A stretch of 64,000 bases of DNA from the human T2T-CHM13v2.0 reference genome, Homo sapiens, in assembly GCF_009914755.1 (NCBI RefSeq), contig NC_060934.1; one strand, 5' to 3'. A program made the position numbers and the translations under genes. The notes below the pieces were generated by a model. It ran no database searches and was not told the origin of the DNA. It was given only the letters and a program-made list of their open reading frames with translations. Below, piece after piece: positions 31,328 to 49,400 of this stretch. Position 1 is the first letter of the stretch. Each line of letters starts with the position of its first letter.

Positions 31328-34300
31328 TGTATTAGTCAGGGTTCTCTAGAGGGACAGAACTAATAGGATAAATATTATATATGTATATATATATGTATAT
31401 ATGTAAATGGGAGTTTATTAAATATTAACTAACATGATCACGAGGTCCCCACAATAGGCTGTCTGCAAGCTGAGGACCAAGGAGAGCCAGTCCAAGTCCC
31501 AAAACTGAAGAACTTGGAGTCTGATGTTTGAGGGCAGGAAGCATCCAGCATGGGAGAAAAATGTAGGCTGGAAGGCTAAGCCAGTCTTGCCTTTTCATGT
31601 TTTTCTGCCTGCTTTATATTTGCTGGAAGCTCATTAGATGGTGTCCACCTGATTAAGGGTGGGTCTGCCTTCCCCAGCCCACTGACTCAAATCTCCTTTG
31701 GCAACACCCACACAGACTCACCTAGGGTTAATACTTTTTACAGTCCTTATTTCTGCAGCTGGTCATGTGGTCGTAGCTGGTATTGATGACTACCTTCTTC
31801 TATCACCCACTGTGTATTCCCTTTGCCTTCTGCAAGCACCTCATCAGATCAAGGTTTTTTTCCTGGTGGAGTGACTTAAACCTTCATTCCTGAAGGGTCT
31901 GGACCATTTGTAGTCCTCCCTGGATTGGGCTGTTGTAGTTTCTCATTGACCTTAATCACAGGGCATGGTAATACTAAGTGACATCCTAATGGATCTCCTG
32001 TATTCCATGCATGCTCCTCCTTACCTCTGTTATGGAGTAGTAGACTGATTTCATCTTGATAGTCTGGGTCAATCAACCTAGCCAACACTGTAACTCCCTT
32101 CTTAGCCTGTTTACTTAAAGGTAGGAGGAGCCCGAAGTGTCCAGGTGACAATCTTAACTTTCAGTTTAATGGAATTGTTGTTGTGTCTCCTGGTGGCAGT
32201 GTTACTCCCTCTGGAACTAAGATCTCTAGGCTAGCAGAACGTAATGTTGCAGGAACAGGAAGCAAAAATTTTGCTACTGGATCATTAGGGGTGATGGTGA
32301 GTGGTGCCACTTCCACTTCCACCCCTTGATTCCTGGACCCGTGAATCCTGGCTATGGGAGAAACAGTACCATATATCAGATGCTGATCCAGTGCATACAC
32401 AGCCTTCTAGAGTACTTTGCCCCAGCCCTGCAAAGTATTGTCATCTAATTGACATGGTAATTGTAGGGTCCAGCCCCACAGGGTTGGTGCATTTTCTCCT
32501 TCTGTGTGGAGACGAGAGAGCATAGAAATAAAAACACAAGACAAAGAGATAAAAGAAAAGACAGCTGGGCCCGGGGGACCACTACCACCAAGATGCGGAG
32601 ACTGGTAGTGGCCCCGAATGCCAGGCTGCACTGATATTTATTGGATACAAGACAAAGGGGCAGGATAAGGAGTGTGGGCCATCTCCAATGATAGGGAAGG
32701 CCACATGGATCACATGTCCCCTGGACAGGGGGCCCTTTCCTGCCTGGCAGCCGAGGCAGAGAGAGAGAGGAGAAAGAGAAACAGCTTACACCATTATTTC
32801 TGCTTATCAGAGACTTTTAGTACTTTCACTAATTTGCTACTGCTAACTAAACGGCAGAACCAGGTGTACAAGATGGAACATGAATGCAGACTAGGAGTGT
32901 GACCACTGAAGCACAGCATCACAGGGAGACGGTTAGGCCTCCGAATAACTGTGGGTGGGCCTGACTAATGTCAGGCCTTCCACAAGAGGTGGAGGAGTAG
33001 AGTCTTCTCTAAACTCCCCTGGGGAAAGGGAGACTCTCTTTCCCGGTCTGCTAAGTAGCGGGTGTTTTTCCTTGACACTAACGCTACTGCTAGACCACGG
33101 TCTGCTTGGCAATGGGCATCTTCCCAGATGCTGGCGTTACCGCTAGACCAAGGAGCCCTCTGGTGGCCCTGTCTGGGCATAACAGAAGGCTCACACTCTT
33201 GTCTTCTGGTCACTTCTCACTATGTCCCTTCAGCTCCTATCTCTGTATGGCCTGGTTTTTCCTAGTTTATGATTATAGAGTGAGGATTATTATAATATTG
33301 GAATAAAGAGTAATTGCTACTAATGATTAATGATATTCATATATAATCATATCTAAGATCTATCTCTGGTATAACTATTCTTATTTTATATTTTATTATA
33401 CTGGAACAGCTCGTGTCCTCGGTCTCTTGCCTTGGCACCTGGGTGGCTTGCCACCCACAGCAATTGTGACTTTGAAAGGCCATTCCACCGTTCTATCAAT
33501 CCAGCTGCTTCAGGATGATGGGCAACGTGGTAAGACCAGTGAATTCCACGAACATGAGCCCACTGCTGCACTTCTATGGCCGTAAAGTGAGTACCTTGGT
33601 CAGAGGCAATACTGTGTGGAACACCATGATGGTGGATAAGGCATTCCATGAGTCCACAGATGGTAGTCTTGGTAGAAGTATCGTGTGCAGGATAGGCAAA
33701 CCGATATCCAGAATAAGTATCTATTCCAGTGAGGACAAATCTCTGCCCTTTCCATGATGGAAGAGGTTCAATATAATCAACCTGCCACCAGGTAGCTGGC
33801 TGACCACCCTGAGAAATGGTGCCATATCGAGGAATCAGTGTTGGTCTCTGCTGCTGGCAAATTGGGCACTCAGCAGTGGCCATAGCCAGATCAGCCTTGG
33901 TGAGTGGAAGCTCATATTGCTGAGCCCATTCATAACCTCCATCCCTGCCACCATGGCCACTTTGTTCACGGGTCCATTGGGCAATGACAGAGGTGCTTGG
34001 GAAAGAGGCTGAATGGTGTCCACAGAAGTGGTCATCCTATCCACTTGATTATTAAAATCCTCCTCTGCTGAGGTCACCCATTGGTGAGCACTCACATGGG
34101 ATACAAATATCTTCACAGTTTTTGACCACTCAGAGAGGTCCATCCACATACCTCTTCCCCACATTTCTTTGTCACAATTTCCGATCATTCTTCTTTCAAG
34201 TCCCTGACCATCCAACCAAACCATTAACTACAGCCCATGAATCAGTATATAATCACACATCTGGCCATTTCTCCTTCCATGCAAAGTGCACAACCAGGTT

Positions 34301-37300
34301 CACTGCTCTTAGTTCTGCCCACTGGGAAGATTTTCCTTCCCTACTGTCCTTCAGGGATGTCCTAGAAAGGGGCTGTAGTGCTGCAGCTCTCCACTTTTGG
34401 GTGGTGCCTGCATATCGTGCGGAACCATCCACGAACCAGGCCCAACTAATTATAGGGAACTTCCCATGAGGCCGTTGGGGCAGGCTCGGGGAGAGAAGGA
34501 AGGGTGGCAGGAGTGGAGACCATGGGCATTTGAACCACTTCCTCATGTAACTTACTTGTGCCTTCAGGACCTGCTGGAACCTGATCACATATATACCACT
34601 TCCATCCTGTGGTCATTTCCCTAGTGCCACTTCCATTTGATGACGGAATGCTGCTGTGCACAACCCACTTAATGGCTAGATGGGTCAGAAAGCACCCAGT
34701 TTATGATAGGCAGTTCAGGTCGCGTGGTGACTTGGTGACCTACAGTCAAACGTTCAGTTTCCACCAAAGCCCAGTAACAGGCTAAGAGCTGTCTCTCAAA
34801 AGGAGAGTAGTTATCTGCAGAAGATGGCAGGGCCTCGCTCCAAAATCCTAGAGGCCTCCACTGTGATTCACCTATGGGAGCCTGCCAAAGGCTCCAAACA
34901 GCATGCCTATCTGCCACTGACACCTCAAGCACCATTGGATATGCTGGGCCATATGGCCCAAGTGGCAGAGCAGCTTGCACAGCAGCCTGGACCTGCTGCA
35001 GAGCCTTCTCTTGTTCTGGACTCCACTCAAAACTGACAGCTTTTCAGGTCACTCAATAAATGGGCTGGAGTAACACACCCAAATGAGGAATGTGTTGCCT
35101 CCAAAATCCAAATAGGCCCACTAGGCATTGTGCCTCTTTCTTGGTTGTAGGAGGGGCCAAATGCAGCAACTTATCCTTCACCTTAGGAGGAATATCTCTA
35201 CAGGACCCATACCACTGGACCCTTAGAAATTTTACTGAGGTAGAAGGTCCCTGAATTTTAGGCAGATACACTTCCCATCCTCTGGCATGCAAATGTTTCA
35301 CCAATAAGTCCAGTGTTTGCTACTTCTTGCTCACTGGATCCAATCCGCATAATGTCATCAATGTAATGGACCAGTGTGATATCTTTTGGAGGCAAAAAGC
35401 GATCAAGTTCTCTCTGAATAAGATTATGACACAAAGCCAGATAATTCATATACCCCTGAGGTAGGACAGTAAAGGTATATTGCTGGCCTTGACAGCTGAA
35501 GGCAAATTGTTTCTGGTGGGCCTTATGGACAGGAATGGAGAAAAAGGCATTTGCCAAGTCAATGGTTGCACACAAAGTACCAGGAGATGTGTTAATTTGC
35601 TCAAATAATGAAACCACATCTGGTACAGCAGCTGCAATTGGAATCATCACTTGGTTAAGCTTATGGTAATCCACTGTCATTCTCCAAGATCCATCTGTCT
35701 TCTGCACAGGCCAAATGGGAGAGTTGAATGGGAATGTGGTGGGAATCACCACCCCTGAGTCTTTCAAGTCCTTGATGGTGGCACTAATCTCTGCAATCCC
35801 TCCAGGGACACAATATTGTTTTTGATTTACTATTTTTCTAGGTAGAGGCAGCTCTAATGGCTTTCATTTGGCCTTTCTCACCACAGTAGCCTTCACCCTA
35901 CCAGTCAGGGAGCCAATGTGAAGGTTCTGCCAGCTGCTAAGTATGTCTATGCCAATTATGCATTCTCGCACTAGGGAAATGACCACAGGATGAGTCCAGA
36001 GACCCACTGGACCCACTGTAAGTCAGACCTGAGCTAAAACTTCATTAATTACCTGACTCCCATAAGCCCCTACTTTAACTGGAGGACCACAATGACGTTT
36101 TGGGTCCCCTGGAATCCATGTCAGCTCAGAGCCAGTGTCCAGTAGTCCCTGAAATGTCTGATCATTTCCCTTTCCCCAGCGCACAGTTATCCTGGTAAAA
36201 GGCCAGAGGTCTCCTTGGGGAAGGATGGGAGAAAGATTCACTGCATAAATTGCTGGTAATGTAGTAGGGTCCTTCCTAATGGGAACTTGGCTTCCCCTTC
36301 ATTCAAGTGGTTCTGGATCTGTAAACTGGCTCAAGTCTGGAAATTGATTAAGAGGCCATGATTCTACATTTTTATAATTCAAATTAGTCTTTTATCCATT
36401 CGACCTAGAAGTTTTCTGCTTGTATAAATTAAGTAGGAATGCAGTAGGCTTTCTATCAATTTCACTTCTAGGAACACCATGATTAATTAGCCAATGCCAG
36501 AGCTCTACACGAGTCAGACTATTCTGATTGCCGCTTTGCCTCTGCTGTCCATTATGATAGCTATGCCCACCTTGCTTTTGATAGCTGAGTGCCACCACTT
36601 GGCCCCTGCCACCTCGGGATCCAATTGTTACCATTATATTTAAGTTTTGTAGTTGAGTGACTGTGGCTCCCACCATTAGATCTGACATACAGAGAAAAGC
36701 AATTGCAAGGCTCTTCAAAGATTCAGGTGCTGCCCTCACAAATCTATTTTGCAAGGCGTTGGTCAAGGGTGTATCTTCTGGACCCTCCCAGCTGGGATGA
36801 GTAGGTCTAAAGTGACTAATCCACTCCACCATCCCAATCTCCCTAAGCCTTTGGATCCCTTCCTCTACATTAAACCAAGGGAGATCAGGCATTTCCACCT
36901 CGCTCACAATGAGCCATCTTTTAATCCATATTTCAGCAAACCAATCAAACAAACTATTAGAACCTTTTTTAATTCCCCAAGCTGCAACATTAAAAGCAGA
37001 GTTCCTACTTAGTGGGCCCAAATCAATAAATTCAGCCTGATCCAACTCTATATTCCTTCCCCATTATCCTATGCCCTTAATATCCATTCCCATGCCTGTT
37101 CTCCAGATTGCTGTTTATATAAATTAGAGAACTGAAGCAGATCTTTTTGAGTGTAGTGCACCTCCTCATGGGTCACACTCTCAACCTCACCTCTAGGTGC
37201 CCACCAGGACTTTAATCTAGTTACAGGTCTAGAAGCAAACAGAGGTGTTGGAGGGTAGCTCCTGAGGAGAATCAACATTATCTTGCCTGGCATCTGCCTC

Positions 37301-38522
37301 AGGGGAGGCCATCACTGTTGTCTCAGGCAGCACAGAGTTTATCTCTTCAGACAAAGGTGGAAAGGCTGATGGCAGCATGGGTCGGGGAGGGGATGTTGCC
37401 ACTACTGGGGATGGGGAAGCTGTTTCTTCTGGCCAAAAAAGTTCATCAGCATTTATGAACTCAAGTGTCTCCAGCTTCATCAGGGTCCTCCCAAACGTCC
37501 CCATTCCAAGTTTGAGGATCTCATTTTTTTCCAGTCAATGCACTCACTTTAACAGTAGACACCTGGTGAGGCTGTGCATGCATCTTTCATTGCAGGTCAG
37601 CCACTCAAATGATAAGAGCTTGCATCTGTTTTTCCACAATTTCAGCTCTTTACTGAAAGAGATGAGACTCTCATTCAGGGCAACCTTAGCAGATTTGAGG
37701 CTCAGTATCTGCCTCTGAAGCCAGGAGACAGAATCCCTGAGTTCATCATTTGCTTTCATCACTTTGTCCACTGAACTTAGGAGCAACTAACCAGTTTCAT
37801 TATGTTTCTTGGTTCCCCACATATGGTCAAAGGTATTATGTACAGAGTCACTAACTCCTTGCCTCTCACACGCGGTGGTGAATCAGGAGTGTCAAATGCA
37901 TTTATTTTGCATAACTTACTAAACAGTTTATGCCAAGGACTAGCAGTGTTTTACATACTATTAGAAGTATAGACCTTAGCATTTTTGCACCTAATCATAT
38001 TAAGCAGCCAAATCCAGAAACCCAAAAACCAATGAAAGAACTCCATCCTTAATATTCTGTTCCTCTAGAACCAATCCTGGTACCAAAATCTGTATTAATC
38101 AGGGTTCTCTAGAGTATATATACACACTATATATACATATAAAGGGAAGTTTATTAAGATTAATTTACAAGATCACAAAGTCCCACAATGGGCTATCTGC
38201 AAGCTAAGGAGCAAGGAGAGCCAGTCTGAGTCCCAAAACTGGAGAACTTGGAGTCTGATGTTCGAGGGCAGGAAGCACCCAGCATGGGAGAAAGATATAG
38301 ACTGGGAGGCTAGGCCAGTCTCACCTTTTCATGGTTTTCTGCCTGCTTTATATTCGCTGGAAGCTCATTAGATGGTACCCACCAGATTAAGGGTGGGTCT
38401 GCCTTCCCGGCCCACTGACTCAAATGTGAATCTCCTTTGGCAACACCCTCACAGACACACCCAGGATTAATGCTTTGAATCCTTCAATCCAATCAAATTG
38501 ACACTCAGTATTAACCATCATG
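31328..38522 (-). mobile_element. HERV-L provirus with MLT2A LTRs (31328-~31740 truncated; 38091-38522); degenerate gag, pro, pol (RT/RNase H/IN) and dUTPase
   Basis: Minus-strand ORFs: gag DQAEFIDLGPLS (36392-37045), protease LLDTGSEL (36023-36241), RT LPQGY..HYIDD (35258-35767), RNase H FVDGSA, integrase WQVDYI..SDQGTHF..GLIERWNG (33460-33883), dUTPase PGHFGLL..IDPDYQ (31876-32151); two homologous LTRs. Confidence 0.95.
32462..33459 (-). mobile_element. LTR13-like (ERVK class) solo LTR inserted in the HERV-L integrase
   Basis: TG...CA termini (tgtagggtccagcc...gcttgccacccaca), about 1 kb, TSD gtaat/gcaat; the integrase ORF is interrupted at this point. Confidence 0.85.
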
Positions 38523-38710
38523 GGTAGGCTCTTTTCAACAGCCATCTCTTGGGCGAACTAATAAAGTGAGAAGTCACTACACCAGGGCATTAATGTATTC
38601 ATGAGGGATCCACCTCCATGACCCAAACACCTCCCATTAAGCTCCACTTCCAACACAGGGGATCATATTTCAACATGAGGTCTGGAAGGTCTAATATCTA
38701 AACTATAGCA
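38523..38710 (-). mobile_element. MSTB-like LTR, right piece
   Basis: ggctcttttcaacagcc...catgagggatccacctccatgacccaaacacctccc...aactatagca. Confidence 0.78.
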
Positions 38711-39023
38711 TAAATATATCTCAAAAGAAATAAAATATGGCCATTCACTTAGGCAAGGAGCTCCCTGATTGTTGCTGTGTCCTAGAACATACACTGAAGT
38801 TTACAAAAACATTGAAGACTGGTTGTATCTAAACAGATTTTAATTTTAGACAACATGAACGCATTCCTTGCCATGAAAAATGAGGAGGTGTCTGCCTATG
38901 TTATCTTGTCAGAATTCATATCATTTACAGTCTATGCCAAAATTGTTTACTCTCATATTTTATAAATATAGTGGCTACCAGTATATATGATCAGAAACCT
39001 CTGATTCTAGCTTCTTTATTTCT

Positions 39024-41830
<2,807 letters not shown>

Positions 41831-42388
41831 GATTCACTTCTTGTTGTTCTGGGCTTTATGGTCAAGTAATTTGTTTTAGAAAACTTTACTGGGAGGTGAC
41901 ATCAGCAACATGGTGGCACAGGAGACTTCTACCTCTCCCTCCACCCATGGACACGTGGAATAAACACCTACACATGGATAAATTTTCTTTGAGAGAAAGT
42001 CAGAAAAAGTTGAGAGTCTCTTACACAGCAGACAACTGAGAAAATATTCACATCAAGCAGGTAGAAAAAGCTGAGGCACACGCAGGCACAAATATCACCC
42101 TGGGTACTGCACCATAAACCAGGAAAAACTCCCAACACATAACTTCTCCCTGAGGAGAGAAGGGTATGGACCACATGTATATGACCCTAGCTCCAAGGTT
42201 CCCATGGTTTGACTTTTAATTCACCTAGCTCTGGTAGTGGAAGGGACTAGGCATACACAAGTCTCCCTAGACCACAGAACAAAGTAGCAAAACCCTAAAA
42301 GGAGTTTGTTGGTATACTCCTCCAACTTCTGCTAACAGCAGAGCTTCTAACTAGCCTGAATTAGGGAGTTAACCGGGCTGACAAACTA

Positions 42389-42717
42389 CAATATTCCTCT
42401 GTTATTGATGGTTTTTCTTTCCAAAGTTTCAGTTAACTATGGCCAACTGCAGTCTGAAAATATTAAATGGAAAATTCCAGAAATAGACAGTTTGTAAGTT
42501 TTAAATAACTGTTATCACCATATGTTGTTATAATTGTTCTATTTTATAATTAGTTATTATGTTTCCTTCATTATTGTGCCTAATTTATAAATGAAACTTC
42601 ATCATAGGTATGTATAGGAAACAAAGCACAGTATATATAGGGTTTGGTGCCATACACAGCTGCAGGAATCTGCAGAATGTCTTGGACTGTATCACCCATG
42701 GATAAGGGGGACTAGTG
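42389..42717 (+). mobile_element. MER44/Tigger-type MITE
   Basis: TA-flanked; right TIR ggataagggggactagtg; internal gaaaatattaaatggaaaattccagaaat. Confidence 0.72.
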
Positions 42718-42960
42718 TATAGCCCTCCGGGAGGCTAAGCAGTAGCTCAGCACATCTTAAGCCTTCTCCTCTCCTGTGGTTCACCTGTGATATATCCAGA
42801 TCTACCCATTCTTTCTGGAAGAGGTTTGTCCACACACTGACTGCCCCAACTTTTACAGCTCCCACCCAAAAGACTGCATCCTAAACTGTCTAACTCTGGG
42901 AATGAAAGCGTCTTGGCATTTGCTAGTCTCCCTAGATTACGGTACAAAGAGGTAGTTTTA

Positions 42961-43419
<459 letters not shown>

Positions 43420-46400
43420 TCAGGCTCCTATCTAGCCTGCATCTGGGAGCCAACAGGGCCGACAAACGATAGACCTCCAGGATTCTGAATGAGAGTTCAG
43501 GCACTTCCCAAGCCTTTCCCTCCACCTCACCCCAGTGATAAAACCAGCTCTGTAGATTCCTTTTAGAAGTAGTTTGTGCACCAAGTGCCACAACTTCTAC
43601 AGCTCCCACCCGGAGGAGTGCCTCCTTAACCACCTAACTTTGGGAATTGGTGGGTCTCTGCATTTCTGAGTCTCCGTGGACGACAGAAAATAAAGAAGTG
43701 TACATTCAACAATCCAACTTCTAGTGACTATCAGAGGGTGCATTCTGCATGAAAATGCAGACACTTGTCACAGATCCTTCTTCTGACATAGTGCATAGAG
43801 AGTGGGAGATAAACTCTTGCTCTTAGCTTCACCCTGAGCAAAGAAGAAACTGGAACATATATTTAACACTCCAATCTTTCCAACTGCATCTAGTTTCTAT
43901 CTTACCTATCTCAAGGCACTGACAGGACTTGGCACATTGTAAAATTCTACGGTGGGCAGTCGGGGGGCACTAAAATCAGAGACAGTGGTTTGGACAAACC
44001 AGGATTTAAGAGGCACCTCAGAATCTCTGGACCAATTGGTGAGGGCCTTCTCCTACACTGACAGAACTGGGAGTCTCACAGTCTGACAGAACTGGGAGAG
44101 GCTGCTGTCTTATGTAATGCACGGACACTAATACAGAGAAACAAAGGAAATAGAAAAACAGGGAAATGGGTTCCAAATAAAAGATCAAGATAAATCTGCA
44201 GAAACCAACCCTAGTGAAGTGGAGATGTATGATCTACCCAATGAGGAATTCAAAATAATGGTCATAAAGATGTTCACTAAGGTCAGGAGAAAAATGCATA
44301 AACAAATAATTTCAAAAAAGAGATAGAAAGTATTTCAAAAGCGGCCAATAGAAATTATAAAACTGAAGAATATAATAACTGAACTGAAAAATTCAGTAGA
44401 GGTGTTCAACAGCAGACCAGATTAAGTGAAAGACAGAACCAGTGAGATTAAAGACATGTCATTGGAAATAATCCAATCCTAGAAGTAAAAAGAATGAAAA
44501 AGATAGCTTACAGGACTTCAACAAGCAGAACAATATATTCAGAATTGGTAGACCAGGAGGAAGAGAGGGAGAAAGGGACACAAAACATATTCAAAGAAAT
44601 GATGGGGAAAAACCTCCCAAGCTTAGGGAAATAAATTGAAATCAAGATTCAGGAAACTCAGATGACACCAAATAGGAAAAATCCAGAGACACACATTTGA
44701 GACATATTATAATCAAATTGTTAAAAATTTAGACAAAGAGAGAATTTTGAAAGCAACAAGGGACAGCAAATAGTTACACAAAAGGGATGCCCACCGTGTA
44801 AGATATCCATGGATTTTCTTTTTCCAGAAACTTTATAGGCCAGGAAGGAGCTGGATGATATATTCAAAATCCTAAAAGAAAAAAAAATTACTGCCCAAGA
44901 ATACCATACCTAGTAATACTATCTTTCAAAAATGAAGGCAAGAATAAGACTTTCTCAAACAAACAAAAGTCGAGGAAGGATATCACCATTAGATGTGCCT
45001 TACAAGAAATTCTAGGAATTCTTCAAGCTGGATTAAAAGGATACTAATTGATACGATAAAAATACAAAAATAAAAAACTTACTGGTAAAAGTAAGTACAT
45101 TGTCAGATTCAAACTAGTAATCAGGCAATGGTCTTCTGTAAAACAATTCTATCTCTAGTACAAAGGTTAAAAGATAAAGCAATTAAAAACAACCATAGCT
45201 ACAATAATCTGTTGAGAGATACAAATGATGAAATGATATAAATTGTGACATCAAAAGCATAAAATATGAGGTGGGGGAGTAGAAATGTAGAGTTTATTTA
45301 TGCAATCAAAATTAAGCTTTTATCAGCTTAAAAATAGCTGGTTATAAACATAAGATGTTTTCTGCAAGCCTCAAGTAACCACAAAGCAAAAATCTGTAGT
45401 AGATACACAAAAGATAAGAAGAAAATAGTCAAAGCATATCACTATAGACAAGCGTCAAACCATCTAAGATCAAGAACAAGACAAGGATGCCCACTCTCAC
45501 CACTTCCATTCAACGTAGTACTACTGTCAGTCTTAGCTAGAGTAATTAGGCAAGAGCAAGAAATAAAAGGCATCCAGATTGGAAAGGAGGAAATAATACG
45601 GTTCCTGTTTGCAGATGACATGATATTACGTACAGAAAACCATAAAGACTACATCAAAACTACTAGAACTGATAAATAATTGCATTGAGGGAATTGTTTT
45701 GTACCCGTTTATGGTGGGAGTTACATAAAATATAATATATACTACAATAAATATAATAAATATACTCTATATTATAAATATAATATATATAATACATATA
45801 ATAGCATTATATTTCATAGATCTGTACACCAAAGGAAAAGAAGTCTATTTTACATATGATGATTTTGAAAAATAAAAGAACGGAAAGTAGTATGGAGACT
45901 TCTGTTTAATGATAGTAGATGCGTGTCATTTTTATTATACTCTCCTCTTTTGAAACTAGCCAAGAATAACAATGGAACAAAAAAGAAAATTCCAAAATTA
46001 GTGCAGCAGGGAAATTGCCATGAGCACCATCACATCCTGAATCTTAGCTTTGAACAACTTGTCTGCAACAAATGAAGAGAATGCAGAGACCCCAGATATG
46101 CCTTTCGAGGCCTTTGGTAGGTCACATATTTCTCCAAATTCATGTCAGACCCAACAGTGCATGATTAAAACAGTGAGCAACCAATGCAAGGAGGTGTCTG
46201 AGAAGGTGCTCCTGCCACGGTCATGAGGACACATGTGTCAGCTCCTCAACTGTTCCAAAAAGCATGAGAGATGTGAAGCAGAGCCACACAAGACCTTCAG
46301 GAAGGCAGGACCACTCCACCCACCCCACCTGCAACAGGCCACTCATCCCAGCCCAGTCTGGATTAGGAGAGAGTTCTGGGAGTTTCCTTGCACAGAAATA

Positions 46401-49400
46401 ACTGATACCATGTTTATGAATTAGAGCAGTCATTGTTGCAACATATCCGTTCTCCACAAATTGATCTATAGATTGAGTGCGATTCCGGACATTTCAGTAG
46501 TTTTTGGTAGAAATGGACAAGATGACTTTAAAATGTAGGTAGAAATGCAAAGGGCCAAGAATATCCCCTAGGAGAGGAACAAAGTTGGAAGAGTTACACT
46601 ATCAGATATCAAGAGTAATTTTTAAAATGTTCTAAATAAGACAGTGTGGGATTGGTGCAAGGAGGGACAAATAAACCAATGGAGCCACACAAAGTGCAGA
46701 CTCACACATGCATAGAAGCTTGACTTATGACTTGTGCTTACCTTACGTTACAGCAATTTCACTTTTAGATATATAAACAACAGAGGTAAGCAACGCAGGT
46801 GCATTAAAAGGCAGGCACTGAAATTTCATGACAGCATTATTTGCATAGTGAAAAAGTAGAAAAAACAGTATTGTTTGGGGTATAATTGATGCATCATGCT
46901 ATACTCACAGAGTGGAATAATATATAGCAGTGAAAAAGAATGAACTACTTCTACAAATAACACAAACATGAAGTTAAGTTCACAAACATGAGTGAATCAC
47001 ACAAACATGAAGCTAAGTAAAAGAATTAAGACACAAAGAATGCATACTGTGTGATTCAGCGAATGTTACATAAAGTCTAAAAGTGGCCAGGACTATTCTG
47101 TGGTATTAAAAGGTAGGATAAACTCCCCTAGGACTAGGGGAGGAGTTGGTGACAGCCAGTGATGTTTTTCCGAGGGCGGGTGATGTTTCTACTCTGAAAG
47201 CCCTTCGGCATGGCCACACTCATGTTGTGATAACCCATCAGGCTATACACTTAGCATACTTTTCCTTATGTATTTGATAGTATTGAGATTACAACAGCTG
47301 CAGTATTTATAGATAAATGCACTAAACAGGACACAGAGAGGTAGTAGACAATTATAAAAGGCATAATTTATGAAGAAGATGTAACAGCCACAAATCTCTA
47401 TTTACCAAAAACATGGAACTAAATATTTGAACTGAGATCTACTAGAAATAAAAAAAGAACTAGACCATAGTTCTATGACAGTGGCAACCTTCAAAACACA
47501 GTTTCAGAATTGGACAAATTTAGTACAAGAAGCAAATATGGAAAAAACTGAATAATGTAATCATTAAACTTACTTTTTAAACAGAAGATAACGTTTTGTT
47601 TGTGTGTTCATGTCCCAATTACAAAAATCAATTTTGTACTTGGGAACAAAGTAAACCTTATCAAATTATAAAAAGTAAACACTTTACAGTCCACATTCTT
47701 TGATCTTAAGTCAACAAAGTTAGAAATAGTTAAAAGGTAACTTCCCCAATCTTCATTAATTAGAAATTGAAATCAGATTACTGAAAAAAGTAAGAACTTT
47801 TGAAACTGATGTACACTGGTGATGTCCTCATATCTATTATTGGAAGTGCCTTATTGCCAGCTTTTCACATTGTGCTGTCATCATCATTTAACGGACTCTT
47901 TTGCAAATTGATCTAACTCTTGCAACATATTATCATTCGATTTCATACAAAGGTTATTCCCTGGCATGCACTTGAGGAGTCTGGGCTTTGTGGGAGTTGT
48001 TTCTGGGCATATATTAACCTACAAAATATACGACACAGAAGATTGTCCTTGTAAATAGAGTTTTAAGTTTAAAAAATACAAACTATGGAGTGTTAGACAG
48101 GACTCTATTTCCTAGGCTATGAATACAACTGACATATCTTCTGCATATGAAACATCCAAATGAGATAAATATATTAAAAGCACCACAACTTCCACATGAT
48201 TTAAATCCAGAAAATAATTCCCCAGGTTTCTGAAATGCTTCTCACAGTCTTGGCAATTTCAAGATGCCACTGGAGTATTATAGGATGTCTCCATGCCATG
48301 ATTGTCCTTAAAATCTCAGAAATAGATGCTAGAAAATTACTTTAAAAGATGTTGCATAAGTGGAAGTTACTGATTCTCTCCTTATCTAGTGCTCTGTGGA
48401 GGGACACAATCAAGGAGGAACTTCTGCCTCTGAAAATTACAGGCGATCCCACAGCATTCCTGGAGCTTGGAAGGGCTGGAAAGACAGGGTCTGCCGAAGA
48501 CTGAGGCTAAATTAGAACCTCAGGGAATGCTGTCCTCCTCCACACTCCATAATCTCACTGACAAGCATCATATAAAAATATCAGTGGAATAGAGCTGGTG
48601 GAGCTGCAAGAGAGAGCCTCTCTCCCAGGAGCAAAGAGAGAGCGAAAGCGATGCATGCAGACAAACTCGAAGTATGTCTAGGGGAATCAGGAGCTGCTGG
48701 TACATGTTCACACAGAAACAACAAACTTGCGACTCAGCCTAACCCCCATTAAGATGAGCACAAGCCCCCACACATAAAGAACTAGCAAAATAAAATGTGT
48801 GCTCTTCTCAAAGCATAAAACACTTTTGACCTTAGTATCTACTGTCTTACACAAGATGTCCAGTATGCAAAAAAGCAAGGAAAAACAGAAGACATAAAAT
48901 AATCATTACTGCTAGACTCGGATATGACACAGGTGGTGGAACTATCAGAAAGGGAATTTAAAACAACTCAGTAATATGCTAATGGTCCTAATGAAAAAGA
49001 CAGACCATACGCAAGATCAGGTAGGTCATTTTAGCAGAGAGCTGGAAACTATAAACATGAACATCATGGGAACAATAGAAATTTTAAACCACAGCACTAG
49101 AGAAGAAAAATGCCTTCAAAAGGCTCACCAGGAAACTGGCACAGCTCAGGAAAGACTAACTTGAAGATAGAGCAATAGAAACTGTATGACTCCATTTACA
49201 TGAAATAGCCAGAATAGGTCAATTCCTAAAGACAGAACACAGACTGGTGATTGCCAGGGACTAGGAGCAGGGAGAAATGGAGAGAAGCTGCTTGATGGGT
49301 ATGAGGTTTTATTCTGGAATGATGAGGATGTTTTGGAAGCAGAGGTGGCGGTTGCACAATATTGTGTATGTACGAAATGCCACTGAGTTGTTCATTTTAA

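Noticed and set aside
31876-37786. HERV-L ORFs as a functional or domesticated gene
   Set aside because: Fragmented by many stops and frameshifts, an apparent deletion near 34445 and an LTR insertion in integrase; the longest piece is 217 aa
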